Made by a program: the position numbers and the translations under genes. 64,000 nucleotides of DNA from Octopus sinensis (lineage: Eukaryota), in NCBI RefSeq assembly GCF_006345805.1, contig NC_043000.1:124001-188000 (forward strand). The letters are read 5' to 3'. The first letter of the stretch is position 1. Every line of letters starts with the position of its first letter. The notes beneath the pieces were generated by a model, which was not told the origin of the DNA, did not search any database, and was given only the letters and a program-made list of their open reading frames with translations. Of the stretch, positions 1 to 13,050 are shown piece by piece.

Positions 1-12
1 AATATATATATA

Positions 13-51
<39 letters not shown>

Positions 52-137
52 TTAGTTATATGTTTAGATGTACTACGTTTGTGTATGCGTGAATATATAC
101 AATGGTACACGCCACACGGATGAATCTATGGTGAATA

Positions 138-231
138 TCTATCTATCTATCTATCTCTCTATCTATCTATCATCTATCTATCTATTATCTATCTATTATC
201 TATCTATCTATTATCTATCTATATCTATCGA

Positions 232-280
<49 letters not shown>

Positions 281-283
281 CTC

Positions 284-352
<69 letters not shown>
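138..352. repeat. (TCTA)n microsatellite within a TA/TCTA/TG compound array (1-695)
   Basis: Direct tandem TCTA units; the ORFs 68..697 and 349..687 are read-through of these repeats. Confidence 0.97.
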
Positions 353-408
353 TTGCCTGTTTGTCTGTCTATCTGCCCCTCTCTCTTTCTATATATGTGT
401 GTGTGTAT

Positions 409-451
<43 letters not shown>

Positions 452-553
452 TGTGTGTGTGTATGCGTGTGTGTTAGTCCATATGTGGGGTGGTTCATGA
501 ATTTTTTCCGCGGGATTCCAAGTTTGAATTCATTAAGTGGTATTTTGGGTGTG

Positions 554-589
<36 letters not shown>

Positions 590-695
590 GATATATTATA
601 TATATATATATTATATATATACATATATAATACATACATATATATACATTCATACATAAATACATACATACATACACACACACACACATATATAT

Positions 696-1066
696 GAATT
701 GCTGTGTGGAAGAAGCTTCCTTCCTAACCCATGCTTCCGGGTTCACTGTGGGCGAGTGTCTTTTACTATTGCCTCGGGCCGTCCAAAGCCTTGTGAACAG
801 ATTTAGTAGACAGGAACTGAAAGAATCCCGTCGTATATATTAATGTATGTATTTGTGTGTCTGTTTATCGCCCCACCATAGCGTGACAACCAATGTTGGT
901 GCGTTTACGTCCCAGTGATCTAGCGGTTCGGCAAGAGAGACCGATAGAATGAGTATTAGTCTTACAAAAAATAAATCCTGGAGTCGCTCGTTTGACTAAA
1001 GGCAATGTTCCAACATGGCCGCAGTCAAATGACTGAAACAAGAAATAAAATAAAAGAATAAAAGAA
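696..1066 (+). mobile_element. tRNA-derived SINE, family B (octopus OR/OK-type), decayed
   Basis: Matches the better copies at 33186 and 36592: 'aaagccttgtga', 'ctgaaagaatcccgtcgtata', 'cggttcggcaa..gaccgatagaat', tail 'catggccgcagtcaaatgactgaaacaag'. Confidence 0.85.
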
Positions 1067-1116
1067 CATATATACATACATATATATATATATACATACA
1101 TATATATATATATATA

Positions 1117-1323
1117 ATCGGTGGACGCACGCAGTTGACGAGTGGTACCCGCGTGAGCGAAAAGACCACCGGAAGACCCTCCACGACGGTGGAGTGGACG
1201 ATTTCAAGAGGACGATTGGGATCACGTGGATGAGAAAGGCGCGATCCAGAGAGCAGTGGACAGCGTGCTGTGACCAGCGGTGTCAAATGAACGCCTGACG
1301 GACTGGTCGGTCAAAGTGATCAA

Positions 1324-1328
<5 letters not shown>
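1117..1328 (+). mobile_element. 3' terminal fragment of an RTE-clade LINE between (TA)n tracts
   Basis: Translates RWTHAVDEWYPRERKRPP..PPRRW, resembling the RTE C-terminal W.PR..KR.RGRP..RW motif; ends 'aagtgat caagtgat' then (TA)n. Confidence 0.6.
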
Positions 1329-1369
<41 letters not shown>

Positions 1370-2130
1370 ATATCATATAATTAATAATAAATTTTAGGGT
1401 AGCAAAAAATTCTAGAAAAATTCTCCGCTACCAGCGGGTCACGTGACAAAGAAAAAAAAAGTCAATAGACTATTAATATACATCAAACAATAAGGGATGG
1501 CTATAATAGGACATCTGACTCACTAGAAAGAGCAGCTAAACTCCAAACCATTAATAGTTGTAATTCTGAAATGGAAAGAGAAATAAAAATGTTTACCCTC
1601 TCGTTTCTGGACTATGCATAGTTTCGGCAATCTTTCGTAAATAAATAAAATAAAATAAAATTTATTTAACAGTGGCGTTGCACTCATTAGCAGAAAAGCC
1701 AAGGACTACCATATATTCACAAGGCGATAACGAGCATGCCTCGAGTCTATATGCTATAGACTTTCAAAATCAACCGCATTTGCGCGGTTCTCTCAGCAGT
1801 AAATATAAACTGCCGATTTAATTTCAAAATTAGTCAAAAAAATCATTAATTAATAGATTTTCAGAATTAATTTACGCAATTCATGTTGAGATCGTTCTGT
1901 ATCATCTGTTTCGTTATCGTATTCTTTATCTTATTATCTATTCATAATAGCTTATGATCATCGTGTATTACTATCCTTTACGTCTATCTATAGTCATAAT
2001 AATGTATATATTGTCTATGTGCTATGCATAATAGTTTTATATTTAATAGCTTATTTTACCAATATGATTTTTGATTTTTCATTTTATTTTACCTTTACAT
2101 TTCGTTACGTATATTTATATTTTATTAGAT

Positions 2131-2196
<66 letters not shown>

Positions 2197-2430
2197 TATC
2201 CAAGCTGATGTCGCTCATCTGTTCTGGTATAATCCAAGTTATGGCTGACCGAATCGAATGGTGATGAATAATTCGACGGAAACATTCCCAATATATTTCA
2301 TCCGATGGGTAAAGCCTGGGTTCGCTTCGTTGAATTATAAACCGTTTACAGAGTGTATATCTAACACAATTCAAATAAATAAGGAGAATAATATATCTGC
2401 GCAGTTTTTATTATTACAACTAAATATAAA

Positions 2431-2682
2431 GGCGGCGAGCAAGTAGAGTCGTTAGAATACCGGGCGAAATGCTTAGCGGCATTTCGTCCACCTTGACATT
2501 TTGAGTTCAAATTCCGCCGAGGTCGACTTTAGTTTTCATCCTTCCGGGGTCGATACTTTAAGTACCAGTGAAAGACTGGGGTCAATGTAATCAACTAGTC
2601 CCTTCCCCACCAAATTTCAGCCTTGTGCCTAAAGTCTCTTCCCCACCAAATTCCAGGACTTGTGCTTATAGTCTACTAAGGA
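2431..2682 (+). mobile_element. tRNA-derived SINE, family A
   Basis: Head 'ggcggcgagc', B-box-like 'gagttcaaattcc', core 'gaggtcgactt..tttcatccttccggggtcgat..aagtaccagt', tail 'ccttgtgcct' (duplicated). Confidence 0.9.
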
Positions 2683-3449
2683 TTGTTACAGTCAATTATA
2701 CGGCAAATTTAATTTAAATCTCTGTGTGACATAAATTTCTGCTGCATGGAAAGCTTGCAATGTGCTTTACATTTGCATTCAGTTCGTTGATCTGGTTAAG
2801 AACCTGTGCAACTTTGTCCAAGGTGTTGCCATTACTATAGTTTGAAGCGAACTGAACTATGATGCTTTAGATAGTATAACATTTAACTGGACGCGATAGT
2901 TTTTGAGTGTACAGAATGCAAGAATAGTTAGTAACCTGATATGGCTATAAAATCTGTTATCAGATTGACCCTATGATGATCCTATGGTTTAAATTTCGAA
3001 TCATGAATGCTAGATCCTAAACTAGGTCAGAGTATATTTCATCCACTAGCCTTAAGCGAAATGAATAGGAATAACTTTCTGTGATAGATGTATGCAATTA
3101 AGGGTCACTAAGTCAAATATAATTCTGAAATATAAGATATGTGAAATTCACTTGTAAGGCAAGTGTACTGTACGCAATATGTTAGAATAACTTCCACCTA
3201 AAGTAAAATCCGAATTGTTAGCTACATAAATCAACCCTAAATCTACATGTAGATAACATCCTCCAAGATGTAGCATAAGTTATTCCATATGTGAAGTGTT
3301 ACATACCAATAATGCCAATTAGTTGCAGAATAATGACTATTAACATAAAGACAGACTAGACACTGCAGACTAGATACTGCGACAATATTTTCCATGTAAA
3401 CGCCGGCACCTCTGCTTTACCTGATACTTAATCAAAAACTTTTCTAGGG

Positions 3450-3720
3450 AAATATTTCAATGTTTTTCAGTGAAGGTGAGCAAATTTTAGGGCTAACTCC
3501 TGTTAATTATTTAATCATTTGTTTTCAAGTATGAAACTGTGGAATATTTCTTCCTGACATAAATTATATTTCGTGCCTCCATAATTGCTCATTTTATGTC
3601 AAACTTAGTGTTTCGACCGTTTATGGACCAAATAAACCCATAAACTCTGCATTTTCTCTGTATCCTTGAATACTGCATCTGTACACTATATTTTTCTTCA
3701 AACACTGTGCGTTGAGAAGA
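3450..3720 (-). pseudogene. Decayed GIY-YIG endonuclease C-terminus of a Penelope-like element
   Basis: Minus-strand frames give YGFIWSINGRNTKFDIK*AI, KYNLCQEEIFH and ELALKFAH, resembling PLE motifs YIW.LK....F.I.W.I, CNLC.EEK.IL and LNKRSEL..KCRH; several frameshifts and stops. Confidence 0.45.
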
Positions 3721-4359
3721 CAAATTTTCTTGCAAAGAGATTAAGTGATATTAGCTCTACTTTCACTAATGGGATCTAGATTAGATATCCCTCCACAACT
3801 CTAAGAATCTACTAGATCTACTGTGTGGATGTATTATTCTCCTTATTCATCTGAATAGTCGGCGGAATTCTGGTTTAAGCACCTTCATATCCTTCTTATT
3901 CTTTGGAATCTTTAGAAAACTTTCACGAATTTGTGTTCTACACAAGGTAATTCATATGATTATGTAAAAAAAAATTTTGTTGGTGTGATTTAAAGGCGAT
4001 TTAGCCGTTATTTTTAGCACATCTCATACCACCTGATCCCTTCTTCGTTTCCTTGTCAATCTTACATGTATTGATGTTTTTCAATATTTTTCTCCACATA
4101 AACACATTTAATGGAATTATGATCCACCCAAGTGTAATCCATTGCTGGGATTTAATAAAGAAACATGAATACTGCCCTATTTTGAACTCTTGTTATCAAA
4201 AAATCAAAAAAGAGTTGAAAAGTTTAGGATTTATTGGGGGGGAAGTGGTTTGAAAAATTGAGATAAAAATATTTCCGTACTCGTGTGAATGTACTGAAAA
4301 ATTCCCCAAATTATAAAAAATTATGAGAATTTGTATGGGGTATTTAAACCAGAATTCTG

Positions 4360-4560
4360 TCATTGGATTGTGACTATGATGGAACACCGCCTTGTAGAGT
4401 TCGCCGATTAAATTTACCCCATTGTTTGTTGTAAGCATGCATCGTGCTCTATCGGTTTCTTTGGCCGAACCGTTAGGTTACGGGGATGAAAGCAAACTGA
4501 CAGCCGTTCTTTTTTTATTAAAGGGAGTCAAAGACAAACACAAAAACGTACATATACACA
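4360..4560 (-). mobile_element. SINE family B, 3' half
   Basis: Reverse complement of the 'cggttcggc..gatag' and 'ggcggtg.tcc' tail motifs. Confidence 0.7.
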
Positions 4561-4719
4561 CAGAGACATACATACATATATATACATCCATATATATACA
4601 CACACACATGCACACACACACACACATAGATAGATAAAACTTACTTGGAAATAGATGCGTGGCGCTCAATCAAATAATAATATAAATGATATATACATAT
4701 ACATACATACATACACACC

Positions 4720-4769
<50 letters not shown>

Positions 4770-4855
4770 ATTATATATATATATATAGATATAGATATAT
4801 ATATAATGCATATACGCGCACATATGTATGTATGTATATAGGTATGCATATATGG

Positions 4856-5110
4856 GTACAGGACGTCACAAAACGTAAACAACATGAAGTACGAAAATAA
4901 CGTTGGGTACGCAAAGAACGAAAGAAACAATGGAAAAGAATACAAGTAACATAAAAACGACCCTTCATCAATTATTTGCTGTCCTTCTACACCTTATTCC
5001 GAGCAATGAACGACAAGGTAAGACTTAGAAGGCAGTTGTTCCCGCGAATAAAAATAAAATTTGGGATTTGTGAATGGTAATGGTTGGTAACAAAAACAGG
5101 ACATACAAGA
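4856..5110 (-). repeat. Interspersed repeat ending in a TA-rich tract, with a decayed hammerhead-like motif (4895-4978)
   Basis: Minus strand reads tTGATGA-A-GGGT...ACCC-AAC-GTT: stem II closes, but C3 is changed and G12/A13 are missing. Confidence 0.35.
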
Positions 5111-5952
5111 GGGATGCGATCGTGTCATGATGTAAAAGCGTGATTAACACCATCACACTTAAAAATTCTATGGTATTCCTTTACTATCTTACGTTCACTT
5201 GGAGCGAATGTATCACTGTATACTGTGCACATCGTTGGTATCATGATTGCATTTCTGAGCTGTTTCTGTCTCTTGTTTCTTTTTCAGAAGCATTTTGAGC
5301 CGATCATGAATTGCAAGAAAGGGAATATAGAATATCATCACTCTGATAGTGATGAAAATGGCACTCCTCAGATAAAGAAATTGAAATCTACTTCTCGCGA
5401 AAGAAATGTTCCGCAAGAAATATTAAACGATGAGAAATAGTCATCGTAGTTGGTACTGTGTGAAAAGAATGCAAGGAGAGGCTATTGCAAACTCGGTAAT
5501 TGTGAGATTGTTAATTGCTTTAACAATAGAGAATGACAAAAACAAATTAAAAACAAAAAAAAACTGATGACAGTTAAGAATGTTATTCGCTGTTTCATTT
5601 ACTAATAAACTATGTAAAGAGTATCCAGTGTTGTATTGTTTTATCGTATGTTCGAGTGTTTGTTTGCTTCTTTTTCTTTCTTTTTAGGATAAAGATGAAA
5701 GGGACTTCGTATTAAGTGGCCTGTAAAGAAATAGCTGGTCGAATCACACAATACCACTTAAAAACAAGAAGAGTAGATTGATTTATTAACGTAGTTATAG
5801 AAGCATCGTGCGTGAATAAATAACAAGATGGTCGCCATTTATATACGAAATATATAAATGGTCACTAATACAGAATTTACCTCATACCTAGTGAATGAAA
5901 AAAAAGCCTTCGTTCACTAGGTGCACATGATTCAATATATCTTAATTAGTTA

Positions 5953-6240
5953 GGGCTGTGAGCTGGCAGGAACGTTAGTGCCTGGGACAAACTGCGTAGT
6001 AGTATTTTTCCAACTTAGCTTATATATGTATATATCATTTATAACTTATATATGTATATATCATTTATATTATTATTTGATTGAACGCTAAGTTGGAGTT
6101 CAAATGCTGCTGGAATCAACTCTGCTATCATCCAATTCGGAGTTGATTAAATAAGTACCAGTCGAGCACTGGGGCTGATGTAATCGACTTTAACCCTTCC
6201 CTGGAAATTTCTTGCATCATGCCAAAATTTGAAACCAATA
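5953..6240 (+). mobile_element. SINE family A, decayed
   Basis: 'gagctggcaggaacgttag', 'gagttcaaat', 'aagtaccagtcgagcactgggg', 'aaatttgaaacc'. Confidence 0.75.
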
Positions 6241-6280
6241 AATCTTTATTTTATTTTATTTTTTAGGCTAAAGTCCCAAA

Positions 6281-6500
6281 TAATCCTTTCTACTATAGGC
6301 ACAAGGCCTGGAATTTTTGGGGAGGGGATTATTCGGTTATATCGACCCTAGTGTTTTCCTGGTACTTATTTTACCGACCCAGAAAGGATGAAAGGCAAAG
6401 TCGACCTCGGCGGATTTTGAACTCAAAACGTAGCGACTGGTGAAATACTGGTAAGCATTTCGTCCAGCGTGTTAATGATTCTGCAAGTTCACTGCTCTTA
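6281..6500 (-). mobile_element. SINE family A (inverted relative to the neighbouring copy)
   Basis: 'tttctactataggcacaaggcc', 'gaaaggatgaaaggcaaagtcgacctcggcgga.ttgaactc'. Confidence 0.88.
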
Positions 6501-7053
6501 AAGTTCCAAATAATATAACGGAAGATGTGCAAGCTAAAAGAGGAATAGCTGCACGGACATTCGACTTACTAGAAATAATAGATAAACTTCCCTAATATCC
6601 GGCCATATCATCTTGCAATAGAAGAAAAATTTGACTGAGTGAAGTAGATAAGGATACACTATCTCTGAAGAAAAGCAAGGGACTCACGAATGCCACACGA
6701 CTTTTATCATTTAGTTGTTTTAGTCTCTGGACTCTAACGATGCTGGGGCACTGCTTCGAAAGGGTTCAGTCGAACAAATGGAAACCAGTTCTTAGGTTCT
6801 GTTTTTTAAAGTTTGGAACTTATTCTATCGACTCCTTCTGTGGAACAATTAAATTACTCAGAAAGAAACAAAGCAACACCTGACGTGTAGCGATGGAGAT
6901 GTGACAAACACAACAAAGACACAGAGCGAGATATATATATTTATATGTATGTGTGTGTGTGCACTTGTTTGTGAGTGTGTGTGTGTGCGCGTTTGTGTAT
7001 ATATGTGTGTGTGTTTGTGTATGTGTGTGTACGTATACATATATGTATATATA

Positions 7054-7115
<62 letters not shown>

Positions 7116-7264
7116 CATATTAAATTCAAATTATGAAGCGTTGAGATGTCTTAGAAAGTTAAAGAAGTGATTTTAAATTCTCAAACGCAGGATAATGCTA
7201 ATAATATAGCCTAAACAGTATAAGCTACCCCTATTTTGCAGAAAAAAGTGTTGGCGGCCGGTTA

Positions 7265-7300
<36 letters not shown>

Positions 7301-7319
7301 TTATGTGTGTGTGTGTGTG

Positions 7320-7376
<57 letters not shown>

Positions 7377-7397
7377 TATATATACATATATGTGTAT

Positions 7398-7434
<37 letters not shown>

Positions 7435-7714
7435 TACATACATATATATATTACATACACATATATAAATAAGCATATGTCTATGTATATATATATATAT
7501 ATATATACATATATGTATATACATATATGTATGTATACAGGTATGTATGTATATATGTATATATATGTATAATTGTACGATGGCATTTCACTAACAAGGC
7601 ATTGATCGGCTTGCAGCTGTAGTAGAAGATACTCACACAAGCACGAATTCTTGTGTGTGAAAAGCGACCTTCTGAACTCTATATCCATAGCTTTTCACGT
7701 TCTATCTATCTATC

Positions 7715-9035
7715 TGTGGAAAGGATGCGTCCCGATGGTCAGGCGATCCATTTGCTGTCAACACCCGTTAAAAGGAGGGCTGGGCATGCCGTGGTTGATG
7801 ATGCGCAGACACGCGCTGAGACTGCGACATCTCTGGCTCTATGTAGACGACGGTGAACAGGTGTGGTCGCCGTTTGTGAGGCACGCTTTCCCGCAGCTCG
7901 TCTCCATGACCGAACTGCAGTCGTGGATCAAAAAGAGGCCGAAGAAGGGCGAAAGGCACCGCGAGTGTCGCGTTGCTCTCAAGCAACTCTGCCGTCCTGG
8001 GTCGACCTTGAGTGACTTCAACACAACCAAAGCATTCTATAGGGGTTTAGTGGAGGGGAGGTACGACGACGAGCTCGGGACGAACCTGGACGTCGACGAG
8101 GAGTACCTGACCCGCCTGTTCAGGACGACTTTCGGGCCAGGGCCCATGGACAACTTCCAGAGATCCCTGGCCTGGCAGTGCTACCGAGAAGCGCTACCCG
8201 TTCGGGATAAGCTCTACAGACACGGCTCGAGAAACACGGGGCCGACCTGCCCGAGGTGCGGTCAGAGCGACGAAACCGTTCTGCACGCACTCGTGCAGTG
8301 TCCAACAATTTCCGACCTGTGGGCTTGTGTCGAACAACTGCTGTCACGTGTGGGACGAGTCGGTTTATCAGCTGAGTCTATCGTTAATATTGTCACGCCT
8401 CCCTCCTTCAAACGGGAAGGAAGAGCTATTTTCATCATCCTTGTGGCTATGGCGAAAGAATGTATCTGGTGGACGCGTCTGAAAGGATTGGAGACAAACA
8501 CTTTCCTCTCTGGTCAATCTCTCATCAACTTCTTCAAGTACCACTTGAAAAGGAAAGTGAGAGTAGAGAGGCAAGTTTTGTCTAGCGAATGTTTTAAAAA
8601 AAGATGGGTGAATGTAGCAAGAATGGCACGTATGAATGACGAAGCCACCTTGAGCATGATCCTATGAACCCAGAAATTGAAAACAGAGAGTTGCTTATTT
8701 GCAAAAAAAAAAAAAGAAATATAACATGTGACTCCATTGACCGAGGTTACCGTGGTCTTTTCCGTAGGCTTTTCTTTCCACGGGTAAACCTCACCTGTCC
8801 TCCCCTTTACACTTCATATTGACATTTCTGTGATAACGATCCCTATTGATCAATTTTTTTTTCCCTCTCCCCCTTTTTTTTAACCCCCCTTTTTTTTGTC
8901 CTCTTTCTCTCCTTTTATGATCCCTTTTGATCGAAACTCCCCCTTCCTTTTTTTTTTTTTTAACCTTCAAAAGAAAAGCTCTACCTTGTAATTTGTTCTA
9001 TCTGTGTGCAGCCCTGTGTGGCTAATAAAGAAACA

Positions 9036-9036
<1 letters not shown>
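7715..9036 (+). mobile_element. 5'-truncated Tx1/L1-clade LINE, copy A (ORF2 C-terminus plus 3'UTR), flanked by (TCTA)n on both sides
   Basis: ORF from LWKG to 8667 includes the zf-RVT knuckle CPRCGQSDETVLHALVQC; nearly identical to 53597-54900; AATAAA near 9024 then (TCTA)n; (TCTA)3 immediately upstream. Confidence 0.92.
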
Positions 9037-9090
<54 letters not shown>

Positions 9091-9110
9091 TTATCTATCT
9101 ATCTATCTAA

Positions 9111-9142
<32 letters not shown>

Positions 9143-9172
9143 TTATCTATCTATCTATTTATCTATCTATCT
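9037..9172. repeat. (TCTA)n tail or target of Tx1 copy A
   Basis: Direct tandem TCTA units. Confidence 0.97.
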
Positions 9173-9184
9173 AGTTATGTGTGA

Positions 9185-9229
<45 letters not shown>

Positions 9230-9777
9230 TGAGGGAGAGAGATTTGGTCCTGAAATAAAGTAAACAAAAAAAAAACAGATTTGGACTTAAAATGGGAGAT
9301 TTTAATACTTTGTCGCGTAAAGGATGAGAAAACTGACCACACGGGAATTGAAACCATGTATATGATTCCACTATTCTTAATTCTAACCTAAGCCTTTCAA
9401 CAATCAATACAAGAAAATAACAAAAAAATAACACAAAAAAGAATGGTGAAAATATATGAGATTAATATCGCTAGCGTTTTATCTTATTTTCTGATATACA
9501 TTTGAAGATGTAATTTTTGGTACATATGCTGTTCTCTCAAACTTTATCTCAATGTCTGCATATGAGAGATAAAGCTTAGATAGACAACAGTCTGTCACAA
9601 AACACATGTTATTTGGAAATAATTCACAAGAAAAGACACCGAATAAACGTATGGCGGAATTCTTACAAGACAGTTACCTACCCTGCCATCTATACACATC
9701 TCACTGTATACATCACTTTCATGTTAGCTATCTTTTATATTTTATTACCTGTGGGCGTCATTTACTAACTTCTCTGC

Positions 9778-10442
9778 ACACATACATACATGCATACATA
9801 CATACATACACGCATACATACATACATACATACATGCATGCATGCATGCATACATACATACATACATACATACATACATACATACATGCATGCATACATA
9901 CATACATACATACATACATACATACATACATACATACATACATACATGCATGCTTGCATACATACATACATACATGCATACATACATACATACATACATA
10001 CATGCATACATACATACATACATACATGCATACACGCATACATACATACATACATACATGCTTGCATACATACATACATACATGCATGCATACATACATA
10101 CATAATACATACATACATACATGCATGCATGCATACATACATACATGCATACATACATACATACATACATACATTCATACATACAAACATACATACATAC
10201 ATACATGCTTACATATATACATACATACATATATACATACATACATACATACATACATACATACATGCATACATACATAATACAAACATACATACATGCA
10301 TACATACATACATACATACATACATACAAACATACATACCATGCATACATACGTACATACTTATACATACATACAAACATACATACATACATACATACAT
10401 ACATACATACATACATACATACATACATGCATACATACATAC
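9778..10442. repeat. Long (CATA)n/(CATG) microsatellite
   Basis: About 660 bp of CATA units with CATG variants; source of the HTYI and MYVC ORFs. Confidence 0.98.
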
Positions 10443-11306
10443 ATGTATATATAGTAGAATATGTATGTATGCATGTGTGTATATAAGGTCTGTGAAAGAA
10501 ATTTAGCAGGGCGGAACAAGACTGCTTTCGACTCCCGCGAGATTATGGGGTGATATACATAACGAAATACATATATACATACATACATGCGTGTGTGTGT
10601 GTGTGTGAGTGTATGTGTGTGTGCACGCGCATGTGTGTGTGTGCAAATGAACACAAATGGTTTAAAGTTTCCCTACAGCTGTTTCAGACACGTTTTTTTT
10701 ATTTATGAATAATTCGATTACATGATAAAAAAAAAAAACAGAAATTTTCTTCTGGTGAATTAAAATAAAAACAAATACCAAGACGGGAGAAAAAAATACC
10801 AAGATGCAGAACGTGGATTGACCCTCTCATTTCGGCATCGTTTATGAATCTGGAACTTACATTAGATCGAAAACCTGCCTGTTGGTCTGCATGGCTATAT
10901 ACGGATGTATTTCCATAAAGTAGACACCCGGACTAAAATACCTTGATTCAAAGGAATCCAGCAAAAAATTAATACATATACGTGCGTGTGCGCGTGCGAG
11001 TATGTGTCTGTGAGTGTGTATGTATAGTTGTATTTATGTATATATTAGTGTGTGTGTGTGTGCGTATGTGTATGTATGCATATATGTACGTATGTATGTA
11101 TGTTATTGTTCAGTTTTATTTCAAGATTTCTTGCCAATAGAGAAAGAACAAGTTTGTAACCTAGATCCAAGGCTCCTTCAATGGAATTTCAACATTAACC
11201 GCAAGGTATTTTTGCTAGTATGTATATGTGTATTGGAGTATTTTTGCATGTATGTATATGTGCTGATTCGTATGTTTTGTTTTATGTATGTATTCTCATG
11301 ATTGTA

Positions 11307-11817
11307 TTGGGTTGTCCGGAAAGTTCATGCCGATTTATAGTAGCTTACCTTTCAACTTATTTTAGAACATGGTTGAGTTCATAAAATAGGATTTGACTAC
11401 GCTTCCATTTAGAGCAGTTTTCGTGGAAGAAGGTTTATGTTCCTATAACCTGTGTTAATTTTGTAATCCTTTGAAATGGAAGACAAGAAAGTTCATTTTC
11501 GGCACTTGATGCTTTGGGAACCAGACAAAAATTGTTGCAGCTCGGCTGGGATGTGTTACCCCGAACCTCCATATTCACCAATAGTCTTAATGGTAAAAAT
11601 TTCAATTCCTTGGATAACGTAAAAATATACCTTGATGACTTCTTTGCTATGAAACCACCTCAATTCTGGGAAGAGGGTATCTTCATGTTAAAGGAAAGAT
11701 GGAAACGCATTGTGGAACAAAATGGTTTATATTTGGTTGATTAAAAATGTAATGGCAAGTATTTATTGGCGTTTTTCTTTCCTTTAAAACTCGGCACGAA
11801 CTTTCCGGACAACCCAA
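11307..11817 (+). mobile_element. Internally deleted mariner (MITE-like), copy 1
   Basis: TIRs 'ttgggttgtccggaaagttc.tgccga' / 'tcggcacgaactttccggacaacccaa' with TA on both sides; MEDKKVHFRHLMLWE fused to the C-terminal ..WEEGIFMLKERWKRIVEQNG. Confidence 0.92.
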
Positions 11818-11819
11818 TA

Positions 11820-12130
11820 GTTGCATGTCCAGATATGAAGTATGTATGGATTTGTGAAAAACGAACCAACTACTCTGCCTCTATATCTGTGTACACCTCT
11901 CAATGTCGTGCATTCCATAAGGTTTGCAAATCTAACGGAGGCCTCAAAAGACATTTTAAGACCCACAAAGATCAGAACTTAACTGCAGCTCTTGGTGCTC
12001 CAAATCAGATATAAAATCTATGTGGGTGTCTTTTCAAATTGTCTGGTTTAAAAAGCCACATTAGACGCTATGATAGACCTCTGATGTAAGTACAAGAGTT
12101 GGTCAGAGTTTGCATAAGGAATAGACAACC
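11820..12130 (+). mobile_element. Probable 3' end of an RTE-type LINE with C2H2-like fingers, decayed
   Basis: C..FHKVCKSNGGLKRHFKTH followed by LCG.LFKLSGLKSHIR, like the terminal C2H2 motif of RTE/BovB ORFs. Confidence 0.45.
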
Positions 12131-12214
12131 ACCATGTTTTTATGTCTGTATGTCCCTTCTATTTTTTGATTATTATAAATCTTCCACTGAGGAGGGAGCC
12201 TGTTTCCAGCAAAT

Positions 12215-12294
12215 GACACCTTGGGCAAATGTCTTTTACTATAGCCTCGGGACGCTCAAAGCCTTGTGAGACGGAAACTGAAAGAATCTCATCG

Positions 12295-12347
<53 letters not shown>

Positions 12348-12600
12348 TGTGTGTGTGTGCATGTGTGTGTATATATATATTTATGTATTTGCCCCCCTCC
12401 CCCCACCGTCGCTTGACAGCCGTTGCTTGCGTGTTTATGTCCCCGTAACTTAACGGTTCGGCAAAAGTAACCGATAGAATAAGCACTAGGCTTACAAAAA
12501 ATAAGTCCTGGAGTCGATATCTTCGACTAAAGACCCTTTAAGGTGGTGCTCCAGCATGGCCGCAGTCAAATGGCTGAAACAAGTAAAAGAACAAAAGAAT
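12215..12600 (+). mobile_element. SINE family B
   Basis: 'caccttgggcaaatgtcttttactatagcctcggg', internal (TG)n, tail 'ggtgctccagcatggccgcagtcaaatggctgaaacaagtaaaag'. Confidence 0.88.
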
Positions 12601-12829
12601 CTCTGTCATCATCAGGATCATCATCATCATCATCATCTTCATAATTACCGTCGTCGTCATCGTCGTCGTCGTTCTCTCATCTTCACAATCATCATTGTTG
12701 TCATAATGGTGCACGTGGTCGTCGTGGTCGTCATGGTCGTCGCCATTATCATCATAATTATGCTAATTACAATAGGCAAGTACGATTAAAAGCCTATAAA
12801 TTGGTGCTCATTAAGAAAGTTTTATCTAA

Positions 12830-13050
12830 TACTGATTTCAAAGTTTTGTACAAGGCCAGCAATTTTGAATGAAGAGGGATAAGTCGATTTCATCGACCCT
12901 AGTACTTTACTGGTACTTATTTTATCGACCTTAAAAGTATAAAAGGCAAAAACCGACCTCAGCGGGATTTGATCGCAGAACTTTAAAGACTGACGAAATG
13001 CTGGTAAGCATTTTGTCTGGTGTGCTAATGATTCTGCCAACTCATCGCCT
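12830..13050 (-). mobile_element. SINE family A
   Basis: 'acaaggccagcaatttt', 'tggtacttattttatcgacc', 'ctaatgattctgccaactcatcgcc'. Confidence 0.85.

Noticed and set aside
68-697. Long ORFs rich in YIYI, LSIY, HTHT, CVCV, MYVC or poly-I/poly-Y (also 9606-10506, 28129-29404, 46896-48468 and others)
   Set aside because: They are read-through of stop-free microsatellite frames and have no protein-like complexity.
2265-2295. GTGATGA...GAAAC hammerhead-like spacing
   Set aside because: No stem II or stem I pairing and no NUH triplet.
5276-5530. Polypyrimidine tract plus CAG followed by an open frame (possible exon), or a piggyBac C-terminal remnant
   Set aside because: No recognisable homologue, splice donor or partner exon; the piggyBac-like resemblance (VPQEI..DE, NARRGYCK) is too weak to call.
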